A DNA stretch of 64,000 nucleotides, taken from the NCBI GenBank assembly GCA_964474085.1, contig CAYYRJ010000005.1:23244-87243 (forward strand). The letters are read 5' to 3'. Made by a program: the position numbers and the translations under genes. Within the stretch, counting starts at the first letter, position 1; the number at the start of each line of letters is the position of its first letter. Under the pieces are notes generated by a model, which was given only the letters and a program-made list of their open reading frames with translations, was not told the origin of the DNA and ran no database searches. This DNA comes from an uncultured Planctomycetales bacterium. Lineage in GTDB: Bacteria > Omnitrophota > Gorgyraeia > Zapsychrales > JANLHA01. Below, piece by piece: positions 9,756 through 19,032 of this stretch.

Positions 9756-10110
9756 GTTATCGATTAGTGGACATTTTGCTGCGGCACATTTTTTGCGCAA
9801 TTACGAAGGTCCCTGCAAAAATTTGCATGGCCATACGTGGAAAGTCGAAGTGACGATACAGTCGGACAAACTCAACGATATTGGGTTGGTTGTTGATTTT
9901 CGCGACTTAAAACAAAAGCTCAAACAAATTTTGATGCCCATCGACCACGTCTGCCTCAATGATTTGCCGTATTTTGACGATGTCAATCCATCGACGGAGA
10001 ATCTTGCGCAATACATTTACCGCGAATTTGCAAAAGTCAGTTCACCTTTTATTTTAAAACGTGTCCGGGTCTGGGAAAGCGAGACCTCGAGTGTGACTTA
10101 TTTTGAATGA
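9748..10110 (+). CDS. queD: 6-carboxy-5,6,7,8-tetrahydropterin synthase
   Basis: 121 aa 6-pyruvoyl-tetrahydropterin synthase family (CxxxHGH motif region: CKNLHGHTW); first gene of a que operon. Confidence 0.8.
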   Translation: MFELSISGHFAAAHFLRNYEGPCKNLHGHTWKVEVTIQSDKLNDIGLVVDFRDLKQKLKQILMPIDHVCLNDLPYFDDVNPSTENLAQYIYREFAKVSSPFILKRVRVWESETSSVTYFE

Positions 10111-10763
10111 TGCCCAAAAAGTGCGTTGTCCTTCTTTCCGGCGGCTTGGATTCCGCCACCACTCTTTTTTACAGCCAAGCTAAGGGGTATCAAACGTATT
10201 GTTTGATTTTTGACTATGGCCAGCGCCATGCCAAAGAAATTTTGCAGGCGCAAAAATTAGCCCGCTATACAAAAAGTGAATACCGCATAATTAAGATTCG
10301 TCTCCCGTGGGGCGGGTCAGCGCTTTTGGACAAAAAAGTGGATCTTCCTAAAAACCGCAAGGATATGTCAGGAGAAATTCCTGCAACCTATGTTCCGGCA
10401 CGTAATATCATTTTTTTAAGTTTTGCCGCCTCTTATGCGGAAGCGCTTGGGGCCAGGGCGATTTTTATAGGCGCTAATGCGGTTGATTATTCGGGGTATC
10501 CGGATTGCCGGCCGGAATTTTATGAGGCTTTTGCACTCGCGCTTAAGCGGGGTTTAAAGACAGGCGTTGGAGGAAAACCGATCAAAATTTATACGCCGCT
10601 TATCCGCAAAACCAAAGCGCAGATTATCCGTTTAGGACAAAAACTCAAAGTGCCTTATGAGCTGACCTGGTCCTGTTACGCCGGCGGCAAAAAGCCCTGT
10701 GGGGTGTGTGACAGCTGTCTTATCCGCGCCAAAGGTTTTGCAGAGGCGAAAGTTGGTCAGTAA
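10107..10763 (+). CDS. queC: 7-cyano-7-deazaguanine synthase
   Basis: LLSGGLDS PP-loop and C-terminal CxxC...CxxC zinc motif (CGVCDSC). Confidence 0.9.
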   Translation: MMPKKCVVLLSGGLDSATTLFYSQAKGYQTYCLIFDYGQRHAKEILQAQKLARYTKSEYRIIKIRLPWGGSALLDKKVDLPKNRKDMSGEIPATYVPARNIIFLSFAASYAEALGARAIFIGANAVDYSGYPDCRPEFYEAFALALKRGLKTGVGGKPIKIYTPLIRKTKAQIIRLGQKLKVPYELTWSCYAGGKKPCGVCDSCLIRAKGFAEAKVGQ

Positions 10764-10770
10764 AAGTCTT

Positions 10771-11469
10771 ATGCAAACCGCTAAAGTTTCAGAAATTTTT
10801 GTGTCTATTCAAGGCGAGGGGCCGTATGCGGGCTTAAGGCAGGTTTTTGTGCGTTTTTTTGGCTGTCATATGCACTGCACTTGGTGTGACACGCCCGAGT
10901 CGATTGGGGACACGTCGGGCGATTACAAAGAGATGACGCTCATGCAGGTTTTTGCCAAAATCAAAACGTTGTTTAAAGACTGTCATTCGGTTAGCTTAAC
11001 CGGTGGGGAGCCGCTTTTGCAGGTGGACTTTATTAGCAAGCTTTTGCCGCTTTTGAAAAAAGCAAAGATGCCGGTTTATTTGGAAACCAGCGGTGTTCTT
11101 CATAAGGCTTTAGCTCAAGTGATTAAGAACATTGACATTGTGGCGATGGATATTAAAATGCCTAGCTCGACGGGTCAGAGGGCTTTTTGGAAGCAACACC
11201 AGGAGTTTGTCGCCACTGTTTTAAAGCATAAAAAAGATTTTTTTGTCAAAGCGGTTGTTTCAGCCAACACAGACAAAAAGGATATTTTAAAAACAGTGCA
11301 GATATTAAGTCGTGCAAAAAAAGAGGTGCTTTTTATTTTGCAGCCCAATACCTTTGATTTAGAAAAAGGTGCTGTCGAGAAATGCGATAGCTTTGCGCGA
11401 TTGTGTTTTAAAACATTACCCAACACGCGCGTTTTGCCGCAAATGCATAAATTTATGAAAATCCAATAG
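10771..11469 (+). CDS. queE: 7-carboxy-7-deazaguanine synthase (radical SAM)
   Basis: EIFVSIQGEG and CHMHCTWCDT cluster motif typical of QueE. Confidence 0.8.
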   Translation: MQTAKVSEIFVSIQGEGPYAGLRQVFVRFFGCHMHCTWCDTPESIGDTSGDYKEMTLMQVFAKIKTLFKDCHSVSLTGGEPLLQVDFISKLLPLLKKAKMPVYLETSGVLHKALAQVIKNIDIVAMDIKMPSSTGQRAFWKQHQEFVATVLKHKKDFFVKAVVSANTDKKDILKTVQILSRAKKEVLFILQPNTFDLEKGAVEKCDSFARLCFKTLPNTRVLPQMHKFMKIQ

Positions 11470-11487
11470 ACATCGGAGGCAAAGAAA

Positions 11488-11889
11488 GTGAAACAAAGAA
11501 AAAGTTCTTATGAGGGTTTGCAGTCGCACGTGCGCAACTTACCAACGCCACAGATTGAAGTTTGGGAAAACGAGTATGCCGATCGGCAGTATCAGATTAC
11601 TATCGAAATCCCGGAATTTACCTGCATTTGTCCTAAGACGGGTTTGCCGGATTTTGCGACGATCAAAATCGATTATGTCCCTGGCAAAACATGTCTTGAA
11701 TTAAAGTCGCTTAAGATGTACATCGTTTCATATCGCGATGTGGGGATTTTTCACGAGCATCTCGTTAATAAGATTCTCGACGATATTGTCAAAGCCTGTG
11801 GCCCGCGCTCGGCTACTGTTTCGGCAATTATGAATCCCCGCGGCGGCATTGCAACGACGGTACGCGCCGAATTTAAAAATAAAAAGTAA
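11488..11889 (+). CDS. queF: NADPH-dependent 7-cyano-7-deazaguanine reductase (type I)
   Basis: 133 aa; EFTCICPKTGLPDFATI (QueF Cys/QueF motif). Confidence 0.85.
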   Translation: MKQRKSSYEGLQSHVRNLPTPQIEVWENEYADRQYQITIEIPEFTCICPKTGLPDFATIKIDYVPGKTCLELKSLKMYIVSYRDVGIFHEHLVNKILDDIVKACGPRSATVSAIMNPRGGIATTVRAEFKNKK

Positions 11890-11906
11890 TTGGAGAGGTT
11901 TATTCG

Positions 11907-12088
11907 ATGAATTTTACGGCTCAAGAAACGGTCCCCAGTGGATGGAATATAAAAATAAGAAATAGCTAGAGGGTTAAGGTGGTTAATTTTTAAGGCGAAT
12001 CGGAACGCAGCCCCGATTTTATCCCGCCGATAGGCGGGACTCCAGCGGGGATCGTTTCTTGAGCCGTAAAATTAACCACCTTAACCCG
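11907..12088 (+). repeat. 181-nt structured element: permuted inverted repeat (21-bp and 18-bp perfect arms) with internal GC hairpins
   Basis: 11910-11930 is the exact reverse complement of 12054-12074; 11971-11988 is the exact reverse complement of 12071-12088; inner hairpin CCCGCC-GATAG-GCGGG at 12023-12039. Confidence 0.6.
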
Positions 12089-12107
12089 ATAATAAATTGG
12101 AGGAAAA

Positions 12108-12815
12108 ATGATCAGATCCGACGGACGAAAATTTAATCAGTTGCGCAAAATCAAAGTGACAGTGCCTTTTAATAAGCATGCCGAAGGTTCCTGTTTAATT
12201 GAATTTGGTGACACACGGGTAGCCTGCACGGCGACGGTTGAAGAAAATGTCCCGCCATTTTTGCGTAATTCCGGCAAAGGCTGGGTCACTGCCGAGTACG
12301 GGATGCTGCCGCGTTCAACGAATACGCGGCTTAATCGGGACAAAACGCTGACGACGGGTCGCACGCTTGAAATCCAGCGGCTCATCGGTCGTTCGCTTCG
12401 GGCTGTGGTTGATACAAGCAAACTCGGTGAGCGGACTATTAAAATTGATTGTGATGTTTTGCAGGCCGATGGGGGGACGCGCACAGCGTCGGTGACCGGC
12501 GGATTTATTGCATTGGCTTTGGCGGTCAAAAAATTATTAAAGAGCGGCGTATTAACAGCCAATCCGCTTTTGGATTCTGTGGCAGCAGTCAGCGTCGGGA
12601 TTTATAAGGGGCAGCCGGTTTTGGATCTTCCTTATGAAGAGGATTCCTCAGCGGACATGGACATGAATGTCGTTATGGTCGGCCAAGGCAAGTTCGTCGA
12701 AGTGCAAGGCACGGCGGAAAAGGACCCGTTTTCTAAAAAGCAAGTCGATGCCCTTTTGAAGCTGGCTGAAAAAGGAATTAAAGAATTAATTAAAATACAA
12801 AAAAAATATGCGTGA
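12108..12815 (+). CDS. rph: ribonuclease PH
   Basis: Full-length RNase PH collinearity (DGR...LRKI..., [18 protein letters not shown]). Confidence 0.9.
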   Translation: MIRSDGRKFNQLRKIKVTVPFNKHAEGSCLIEFGDTRVACTATVEENVPPFLRNSGKGWVTAEYGMLPRSTNTRLNRDKTLTTGRTLEIQRLIGRSLRAVVDTSKLGERTIKIDCDVLQADGGTRTASVTGGFIALALAVKKLLKSGVLTANPLLDSVAAVSVGIYKGQPVLDLPYEEDSSADMDMNVVMVGQGKFVEVQGTAEKDPFSKKQVDALLKLAEKGIKELIKIQKKYA

Positions 12816-13407
12816 ACTTTTAGTCGCTACAAAAAATCAGGGCAAGTTGCGTGAAATCCGGGAGCTTTTAAAAGAGTTCGACGTTAAAGTCACCTCATTG
12901 TCGGATTATCCGGATTGCCCTGACATCGTCGAGGACGGAAAAACTTTTAAAGCCAATGCGGTCAAGAAAGCGACTGTAATTGGAAAGCACACCGGCAAAT
13001 TGACTTTAGGTGAAGATTCGGGATTGCAAGTTAAAGTTTTAGGCAACAAGCCCGGCATTTATTCAGCGCGGTTTTCGGATCCCAACGCGACGGATGAAAA
13101 AAACAATGACAAGCTTTTGACATCTTTAAAAAATGTTCCTCAATCCAAACGTCAGGCGCGATATCGTTGTTTTGTTGCATTAGCGGATGGCGAGAAGATC
13201 GTCGGTGTTGTTGACGGCAGTTGCGCAGGATTGATTACAAAAGATCGTCGCGGGAGCAATGGTTTTGGGTATGATCCGTTATTTCTTATTGCGCGGTATA
13301 ACAAAACATTTGGAGAACTTGCTCCTGAAATTAAAGCCAAGATCAGCCATCGTGCCCGCGCTTTAAAGAAACTCAAAGGGTTGCTAGCTAAATATTTTTC
13401 TCGGTAG
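12808..13407 (+). CDS. rdgB: dITP/XTP pyrophosphatase (Ham1/RdgB)
   Basis: [23 protein letters not shown] motifs; canonical rph-rdgB pairing. Confidence 0.85.
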   Translation: MRELLVATKNQGKLREIRELLKEFDVKVTSLSDYPDCPDIVEDGKTFKANAVKKATVIGKHTGKLTLGEDSGLQVKVLGNKPGIYSARFSDPNATDEKNNDKLLTSLKNVPQSKRQARYRCFVALADGEKIVGVVDGSCAGLITKDRRGSNGFGYDPLFLIARYNKTFGELAPEIKAKISHRARALKKLKGLLAKYFSR

Positions 13408-13614
13408 TTTTTTAAAACTTAAGAATGAGACATATGAATAGTATGTGATGCTCAAAGGCGAAATGTTTATAAGGATATCACCCAGTTTTGTAAAAAGATC
13501 GTTATAAGAAAAACTTAGGTGAAGGACTGGTTTTATTTCAAACTTTAGGCGTTACACTTTTTTCCGAAATCATCACGGTGTGGAAAGGGAAACGTGATTG
13601 TTTATGCTCCCGGG

Positions 13615-14955
13615 TTAATCTTTAGAAAGCAAGCTTCCAAAAACCCAGAACAAAAAAAGCGGCAAGAGTGAAAAGAGAATGCGGTTTAGCGACACGGAAA
13701 GCCACCACTTGATTTCAAAATACGTATTGACCTGATAGTACGCCACGATCACCGTCAGATAAAGCAGTAAGAATGCGGCGGTAAGAAAGTTTTTGGCCCA
13801 CAGCTTTTTGCCGCCGAGAATTAAGCCCAAGAGAAGTAACATCCACAAGCCATTCCACTTCGCACTTTTTAATTCTAGCCAAAGAAAACTTAAGATAATT
13901 TGAAACCGCTCTGCCGTTGAAGGTTTAAGGGTCGACGTTAAGCCATTGACAAATGTCTGATTGCCTGGCGAATAGAGGATGTTAAACGCAAAAGTCGGCA
14001 AGCTCGCAAGCATTAGCCCAAAGAAAAAAAGTCCGGCGCAAGTAAAAGAAAAGCTTTTGTCTTTACGTAATTTGCTCACAAGGGCTAACCCGAGAACTAA
14101 GGCGCAGAGAATAAGGGAGGCGATCAATCCTTCGGGTTTTGTAAATCCCAAAAAGCCTGACAAAAGGCCAGCGAGCAAGGCCAATGGTTTTTGGCTTTCT
14201 TTTTGCGCTTCTGTAAGAGCCACGATGGAAGCTAAAAGATAGAATGAAAGCACAATGTCGCAGTATTGGGTTGTGGCCAGCAAAATATAAAACGGCAAAG
14301 TCAAAATCAGCAAAGCCGGCAAGAGCGAAAAAATATTTTTGGTTTTTTCCCACAAAGCGCTGCTTAATAATCCGGCGGTCAAGCACGCAAAAAGAACGGA
14401 CGTGATAAAAGGTGTTGTGTCATCCGGTTTTACGCTAAACAACCAGCCCCAGACATTGATCAGCGGCAAAAGAAGCGGATAATGCGGGCTGCTGCGCCAA
14501 AGCTCGGGCGAAAAAAGATTGTGCCAATACTCGTCGGACAAGAACAAAAATTTAGCTTTAAAATTCCAAACCTGCCAGGCGTCCCAGCCGCCGTATGGAT
14601 AAAACAAGCCTTGTTTGATGACGAGAAAAAGCACGATGAGAATAAGGACCGAGAGACTGATGTTTTGCCATGTCGGTTTTGGTAAAGAAAGGCTGACTGC
14701 GTCGTTTTTTCGAAAGATAAAGCGTTGAATCATCAAAGCGATCAGAATCACAAGATGCACGCTGATAACAAACTGCGGCATAAGGCGGTTAAAAAATAAA
14801 AAGCTGGAGAATGTCAAATGGCTGCTTAATCCCAATCCCAAGCCAATACCGAGTGTGCTAGTAAGAAAAAGATTAGGGGGCGGATCTTTTTTGAACAAAA
14901 AATTTATCCACAGAATCCCGATGGCGCTGGAAATAAGAAAGGGCAAGAGGTTCAT
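13615..14955 (-). CDS. polytopic membrane protein (at least 12 TM), possible GT-C-type glycosyltransferase
   Basis: 446 aa, very hydrophobic with periodic TM segments; function inferred only from architecture. Confidence 0.35.
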   Translation of the reverse strand: MNLLPFLISSAIGILWINFLFKKDPPPNLFLTSTLGIGLGLGLSSHLTFSSFLFFNRLMPQFVISVHLVILIALMIQRFIFRKNDAVSLSLPKPTWQNISLSVLILIVLFLVIKQGLFYPYGGWDAWQVWNFKAKFLFLSDEYWHNLFSPELWRSSPHYPLLLPLINVWGWLFSVKPDDTTPFITSVLFACLTAGLLSSALWEKTKNIFSLLPALLILTLPFYILLATTQYCDIVLSFYLLASIVALTEAQKESQKPLALLAGLLSGFLGFTKPEGLIASLILCALVLGLALVSKLRKDKSFSFTCAGLFFFGLMLASLPTFAFNILYSPGNQTFVNGLTSTLKPSTAERFQIILSFLWLELKSAKWNGLWMLLLLGLILGGKKLWAKNFLTAAFLLLYLTVIVAYYQVNTYFEIKWWLSVSLNRILFSLLPLFLFWVFGSLLSKD

Positions 14956-15458
14956 GGCATCTGCCTATGCTGGGTTTTATCAAACGTTTCATTACCGTCA
15001 GCTTTGTAGATAACGTTTGTGTCGGGATTGCCGGCTAAGATGATGCCATAGGGATTAGCTTTGAGCGCTTGCAATTTGAGTTCTTTGATTTTCTTAATTG
15101 CAGCCTGTGGCGTTGTGTAATCAAAAATGACAAATTCGTGGGTCGTATTATTTAAGTCAAGAATCGTTGGCGCCAAAACCAGCTGAGCTTGCGCAAATTG
15201 CATAGCGCTGCGATTGTCGTCGAGATTTTTGTCGGTCGCGTAGCCTATGTGCGGAGCGTTGCCGATAAAATCCTCAAGCCCGCGAAACCGGTCGCCTAAA
15301 AATGTATAGGCAATGCGCTTGCGGACTTGGGACATTTTTATCGTTTCTTTGGCAGAGCAAAAAAGATTGAAAGCCAAGAGCAAAGAGCCGATAGTTAGAA
15401 ACAGCGGCGTTTTCCAGAGTTGTGCAAAAATTAAAAGCTTTTTATTTATTGTTGGCAT
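14952..15458 (-). CDS. hypothetical exported/membrane-anchored protein
   Basis: 168 aa with N-terminal hydrophobic segment; 4-nt overlap with the downstream membrane protein gene suggests co-transcription. Confidence 0.35.
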   Translation of the reverse strand: MPTINKKLLIFAQLWKTPLFLTIGSLLLAFNLFCSAKETIKMSQVRKRIAYTFLGDRFRGLEDFIGNAPHIGYATDKNLDDNRSAMQFAQAQLVLAPTILDLNNTTHEFVIFDYTTPQAAIKKIKELKLQALKANPYGIILAGNPDTNVIYKADGNETFDKTQHRQMP

Positions 15459-15474
15459 TAGCTTGTGTTAACGA

Positions 15475-15549
15475 ATCCAAAAATCCTTTTGTGGCTCAAT
15501 TATTTGGTCCCTACTTCAGGGACTATTCGCCGAAAAAGTATTTTCGGAT
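15475..15549 (+). repeat. structured intergenic repeat, family copy 1 (core GGCTCAATTATTTGG-hairpin-ATTCGCC inside a 16-bp imperfect outer stem)
   Basis: Shares conserved flanks with the copies at 28348 and 37420; inner hairpin TCCC-ACTTCA-GGGA differs but stays paired. Confidence 0.6.
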
Positions 15550-15678
15550 TGGCCAAGAGTGGGTCATTCAATTTTTGTATTCTACAATAAATATAAAAAA
15601 TTATTATTTTTAACTTAAACTTATTTGCCTATAATGGCGATAGAATTTTACTGGTGCACTGACAAAAGGGAGGAAACC

Positions 15679-16695
15679 TTGATTCGTTTAGGCATTATCG
15701 GTTGCGGCCATTGGGGCCCTAACCATATCCGTATTTTTAGCCAGGTGGCCAATTCGCAAGTGGTGATCTGTGCGGATTTGGACGAAGCGCGACTAAAGTC
15801 GATTAAGGCACTTTTCCCGACGATCAAGACGACAAAAAATTATCGCGAAATTTTAACCGACCCGGATATTGACGCGGTGTGTATTGCAACCCCTACTAAT
15901 ACGCATTTTCAGTTTTCGAAAGAAGCGCTCGAGCACGGCAAGCATGTCTTGTGCGAAAAGCCGCTGGCGCTAGACCCGCAAGAATGTTTGCAGTTAAAAG
16001 AACTCGCTAGCCAAAAACAAAAACTACTTATGGTGGGTCACATCTTTGTTTTTAATCAGGGCATTGTGCGGCTTAAGGAATATATTAATTCCGGCGAGCT
16101 AGGAAAGATCCAGTATGCCCATTCGCAGCGCACAAATTTGGGACCTTTTCGCTACGATGTCAATGCGCTTTGGGATTTGGCGCCGCATGATATTTCCATT
16201 TTTGATTTTTTGTTTGATTCATCAGCTTTGAAAGTTTCATCTTGCGGCCAGAAATATTTGGGGCAAAGTCTTGAAGATGTGGCTTTCGCCTCGTTGGAGT
16301 ATCCGGGAAACATTTTGGTCAATGTTCATGTCAGCTGGCTGGACCCTAAAAAGGTGCGCCAGATTACAATTGTCGGCGACAAAAAAATGGTTGTTTGGGA
16401 CGATTTGGATAATTTGGGGCCGATTCGTCTCTATGACAAACACGTCGAACGCACGAGTAAATTTTATGAAAGTTACGGCGAATTTCAGCTGCTCTCGCGC
16501 GAGGGAAGCATCACGATCCCTAATATGGGATTTCACGAACCGCTCAAAGTACAGGCGCAGTATTTTATCGATTGCGTTTTGAACCATAAACAACCAGAAC
16601 GTGCGGATGCCCAAAAGGGTTATTATGTTGTCCGCACGTTATGTGCGACACAGCGTTCGATTCAGCAAGGTGGCGCACCCGTGGAGATAGCGTGA
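15679..16695 (+). CDS. Gfo/Idh/MocA-family NAD-dependent sugar oxidoreductase (WbpB-like)
   Basis: TTG start 6 nt after AAAGGGAGG; LGIIGCGHWGPNH Rossmann motif, EKP motif; TATAAT at 15630-15635. Confidence 0.7.
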   Translation: MIRLGIIGCGHWGPNHIRIFSQVANSQVVICADLDEARLKSIKALFPTIKTTKNYREILTDPDIDAVCIATPTNTHFQFSKEALEHGKHVLCEKPLALDPQECLQLKELASQKQKLLMVGHIFVFNQGIVRLKEYINSGELGKIQYAHSQRTNLGPFRYDVNALWDLAPHDISIFDFLFDSSALKVSSCGQKYLGQSLEDVAFASLEYPGNILVNVHVSWLDPKKVRQITIVGDKKMVVWDDLDNLGPIRLYDKHVERTSKFYESYGEFQLLSREGSITIPNMGFHEPLKVQAQYFIDCVLNHKQPERADAQKGYYVVRTLCATQRSIQQGGAPVEIA

Positions 16696-17261
16696 TAAAA
16701 AAGAAATTTTTCAAACATCCCACCGCTTTGGTCAGTCCCAAAGCGCAGATTGGAAATCGCACGCGGATCTGGGCTTTTGCCAACATCCAGGAGGGGGCGA
16801 TGATCGGCGAGGATTGCAATATTTGCGACGGCTGTTATATCGAAAAAGGGGCTGTTGTTGGAAATCATGTCACTTTAAAAAACGGGGTCAACGTTTTTGA
16901 AGGTGTGACGCTTGAGGATAATGTTTTTTGCGGGGCCAATACGGCCTTTACCAATGACCGCCATCCGCGCGCCCTTAGACGGGATCCGTGGGTTTTGGAA
17001 AAAACATCCGTTAAGACTGGGGCTTCGATCGGCAGCAATGCCGTTATTTTATGCGGGATTACCGTCGGGAAATATGCCGTTGTGGGTGCCGGCAGTGTCG
17101 TGACCAAAAGTGTCGGCGATTTTGAAATTGTTGCTGGTAATCCGGGTCGTTGTTTGGGTTTTGCGTGTCTCTGCGGACGCAAGCTTTCTGCCGACTATTA
17201 TTGTGCGGCCTGCCGCAAGCAATTTTTGCTGTTGGAAAATCAACTTCGCCCTAAAGAATAG
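16692..17261 (+). CDS. left-handed beta-helix (hexapeptide-repeat) acetyltransferase, WbpD/PglD-like
   Basis: GTG start overlapping the upstream stop; repeated [LIV]G.. hexapeptides (IGEDCNICDGCYIEKGAVVGNHV...). Confidence 0.65.
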   Translation: MIKKKFFKHPTALVSPKAQIGNRTRIWAFANIQEGAMIGEDCNICDGCYIEKGAVVGNHVTLKNGVNVFEGVTLEDNVFCGANTAFTNDRHPRALRRDPWVLEKTSVKTGASIGSNAVILCGITVGKYAVVGAGSVVTKSVGDFEIVAGNPGRCLGFACLCGRKLSADYYCAACRKQFLLLENQLRPKE

Positions 17262-17267
17262 ATTTTT

Positions 17268-17999
17268 ATGAATAAATGTTTGGTCTCTCCGGTTGCATAT
17301 AATGAACACGTCAAGCTTCGAAAGGTCATTGAGCGATTTTTAAAATCGCCGGTTGTAAATCAAGTGGATTATTTGATTGTCGACGACGGCTCTGATGATG
17401 GCACCAGCGAAATGATCCGCTCTTTTGACGCCCAAGCTGTCAAGACGATCCGCCACCCACAGCGTCAAGGGGTTGGGGCTGCGATCCGAACCGCTATCAA
17501 GTACGCCATCGAAAAAGGTTATGATGTTTTGGTCATCATGGCCGGCAATGACAAGGACAATCCGGATGAAATCCCGATTATTCTTGCGCCGATTCTTGAG
17601 AAAGGTTTTGATCTTGTCCAGGGTTCGCGTTATTTAGGAGGCAACCGTATCGGCGGAGACATGCCGTTTTATCGCAAATGGGCCACACGGCTGCATCCGT
17701 TTCTGCTTTCAGTTTTTGTCGGGCATACGGTCACCGACAGCACCAATGGTTTTCGCGCCATGCGGCTATCTTTGTTTAAAGATAAACGTATAAATATCGA
17801 CCAGCCGTGGCTTGATACCTATGAGTTAGAACCGTATATCCTTTTTAAAACGATTCGTTTAGGCTATCGTTTTTGTGAAGCGCCTGTCACAAAAATTTAT
17901 CCGGCCAAAAGTTTGGGGTACACAAAAATGAAGCCGATCGTCGGCTGGTGGAGCATATTAAAGCCGATCTTTTATTTGGGGCTGGGAATAAAGAAATGA
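17268..17999 (+). CDS. family-2 glycosyltransferase, Dpm1-like polyprenyl-phosphate sugar synthase
   Basis: LIVDDGSDDGT...DVLVIMAGNDKD...QGSR motifs of GT2/DPM1-type enzymes. Confidence 0.75.
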   Translation: MNKCLVSPVAYNEHVKLRKVIERFLKSPVVNQVDYLIVDDGSDDGTSEMIRSFDAQAVKTIRHPQRQGVGAAIRTAIKYAIEKGYDVLVIMAGNDKDNPDEIPIILAPILEKGFDLVQGSRYLGGNRIGGDMPFYRKWATRLHPFLLSVFVGHTVTDSTNGFRAMRLSLFKDKRINIDQPWLDTYELEPYILFKTIRLGYRFCEAPVTKIYPAKSLGYTKMKPIVGWWSILKPIFYLGLGIKK

Positions 18000-18760
18000 A
18001 AAAGTGCAACCGCTGCAAAATTGTTTTTCATAATGACGAACGCAAGCAGTGTTTGTATTGTGATACGGATTTGTTGAAAGTTGAGCGTGACGACACGGTA
18101 GGGTTTCGTGATGAAAAAGATTTTGACCCTAACTTGGTCGGTGGGGACATTAGGCGTGAAGTCTCAACGCTAAAACAGATTTTGTCCGATTGGGAATTAG
18201 GAGAATATTTGCGGGCCCAATATGTCGTTGGGACATATTTTAAAGTCAGGACATTCAAATTTTTGTATGACTTTAGCCGCAATCATTTTAAGATGGGCAG
18301 GGATTTTAAACGTCTTCTCGTGCAGCCTTTGAATTTAACGTCCTTTCTGACGCTCCCTTGGGTTATTTATAATACGCTCGACTCGATTTACATCCGTTTG
18401 TCCTATAATGCGTATTGCACAAAATGCGGTTGGAAATTTCATCAGGTACATGCGACCCAATTGCACAATTCGGCAGAATGTGAATACAACATGGAGTATT
18501 CCAGAATCGTCAAGGAGATTTTAAACGGAAACCTGAACAAGACCGAAGGCCTGATCAAAGAAAGCGCGTATAAAAAAATCCGCAGCGGCAAGCGCAGCGC
18601 CTACAAGGACCTGTGTTCTCGTCGCAGCGGGATCGGTTGGTTTTTTGACGTGATGTGTATTTGGCTTTCAATTTTGGCTTTGATGACGATTGTGGTCATT
18701 TTGGTCTTTCCATTTTTTCTTAAGTTCGGTAATTTTATGACAGCAGAGGAGGCGGTATGA
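17996..18760 (+). CDS. hypothetical protein with N-terminal zinc ribbon and C-terminal TM helix
   Basis: CNRC...CLYC pair at the N-terminus; C-terminal hydrophobic helix; start overlaps the GT2 stop. Confidence 0.4.
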   Translation: MKKCNRCKIVFHNDERKQCLYCDTDLLKVERDDTVGFRDEKDFDPNLVGGDIRREVSTLKQILSDWELGEYLRAQYVVGTYFKVRTFKFLYDFSRNHFKMGRDFKRLLVQPLNLTSFLTLPWVIYNTLDSIYIRLSYNAYCTKCGWKFHQVHATQLHNSAECEYNMEYSRIVKEILNGNLNKTEGLIKESAYKKIRSGKRSAYKDLCSRRSGIGWFFDVMCIWLSILALMTIVVILVFPFFLKFGNFMTAEEAV

Positions 18761-19032
18761 AACGGTTGGTGATTAGTTGTATGTTGTTCTTTGTCGTCGG
18801 GTGCGCAGCGCCGGGGCCAATCAAAAATATTATTCGAGACGAGCAATTTAGCGGATATAAGATGCAGTTAGAGCAGCTCGAAAAAGATTATCTGCAAAAA
18901 AAGATCAGCTACGTGCAATATCTTGAGGATAAAAAACGGATTGAAGAAGATTATCAAAAACAGATTGATGGCCGTCGGGATTTGATCCAAAACCAAAATA
19001 CGCCCAGCGCGGCAACTGAGATGGTGCCATGA
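18757..19032 (+). CDS. small lipoprotein
   Basis: Signal peptide with lipobox VVGC; 91 aa. Confidence 0.45.
   Translation: MKRLVISCMLFFVVGCAAPGPIKNIIRDEQFSGYKMQLEQLEKDYLQKKISYVQYLEDKKRIEEDYQKQIDGRRDLIQNQNTPSAATEMVP

Noticed and set aside
9700-9760. Looked for a preQ1 riboswitch upstream of queD
   Set aside because: queD's start overlaps the murI stop, leaving no leader; no preQ1-I/II-like hairpin-plus-A-rich motif was seen. The operon appears to be read through from murI.
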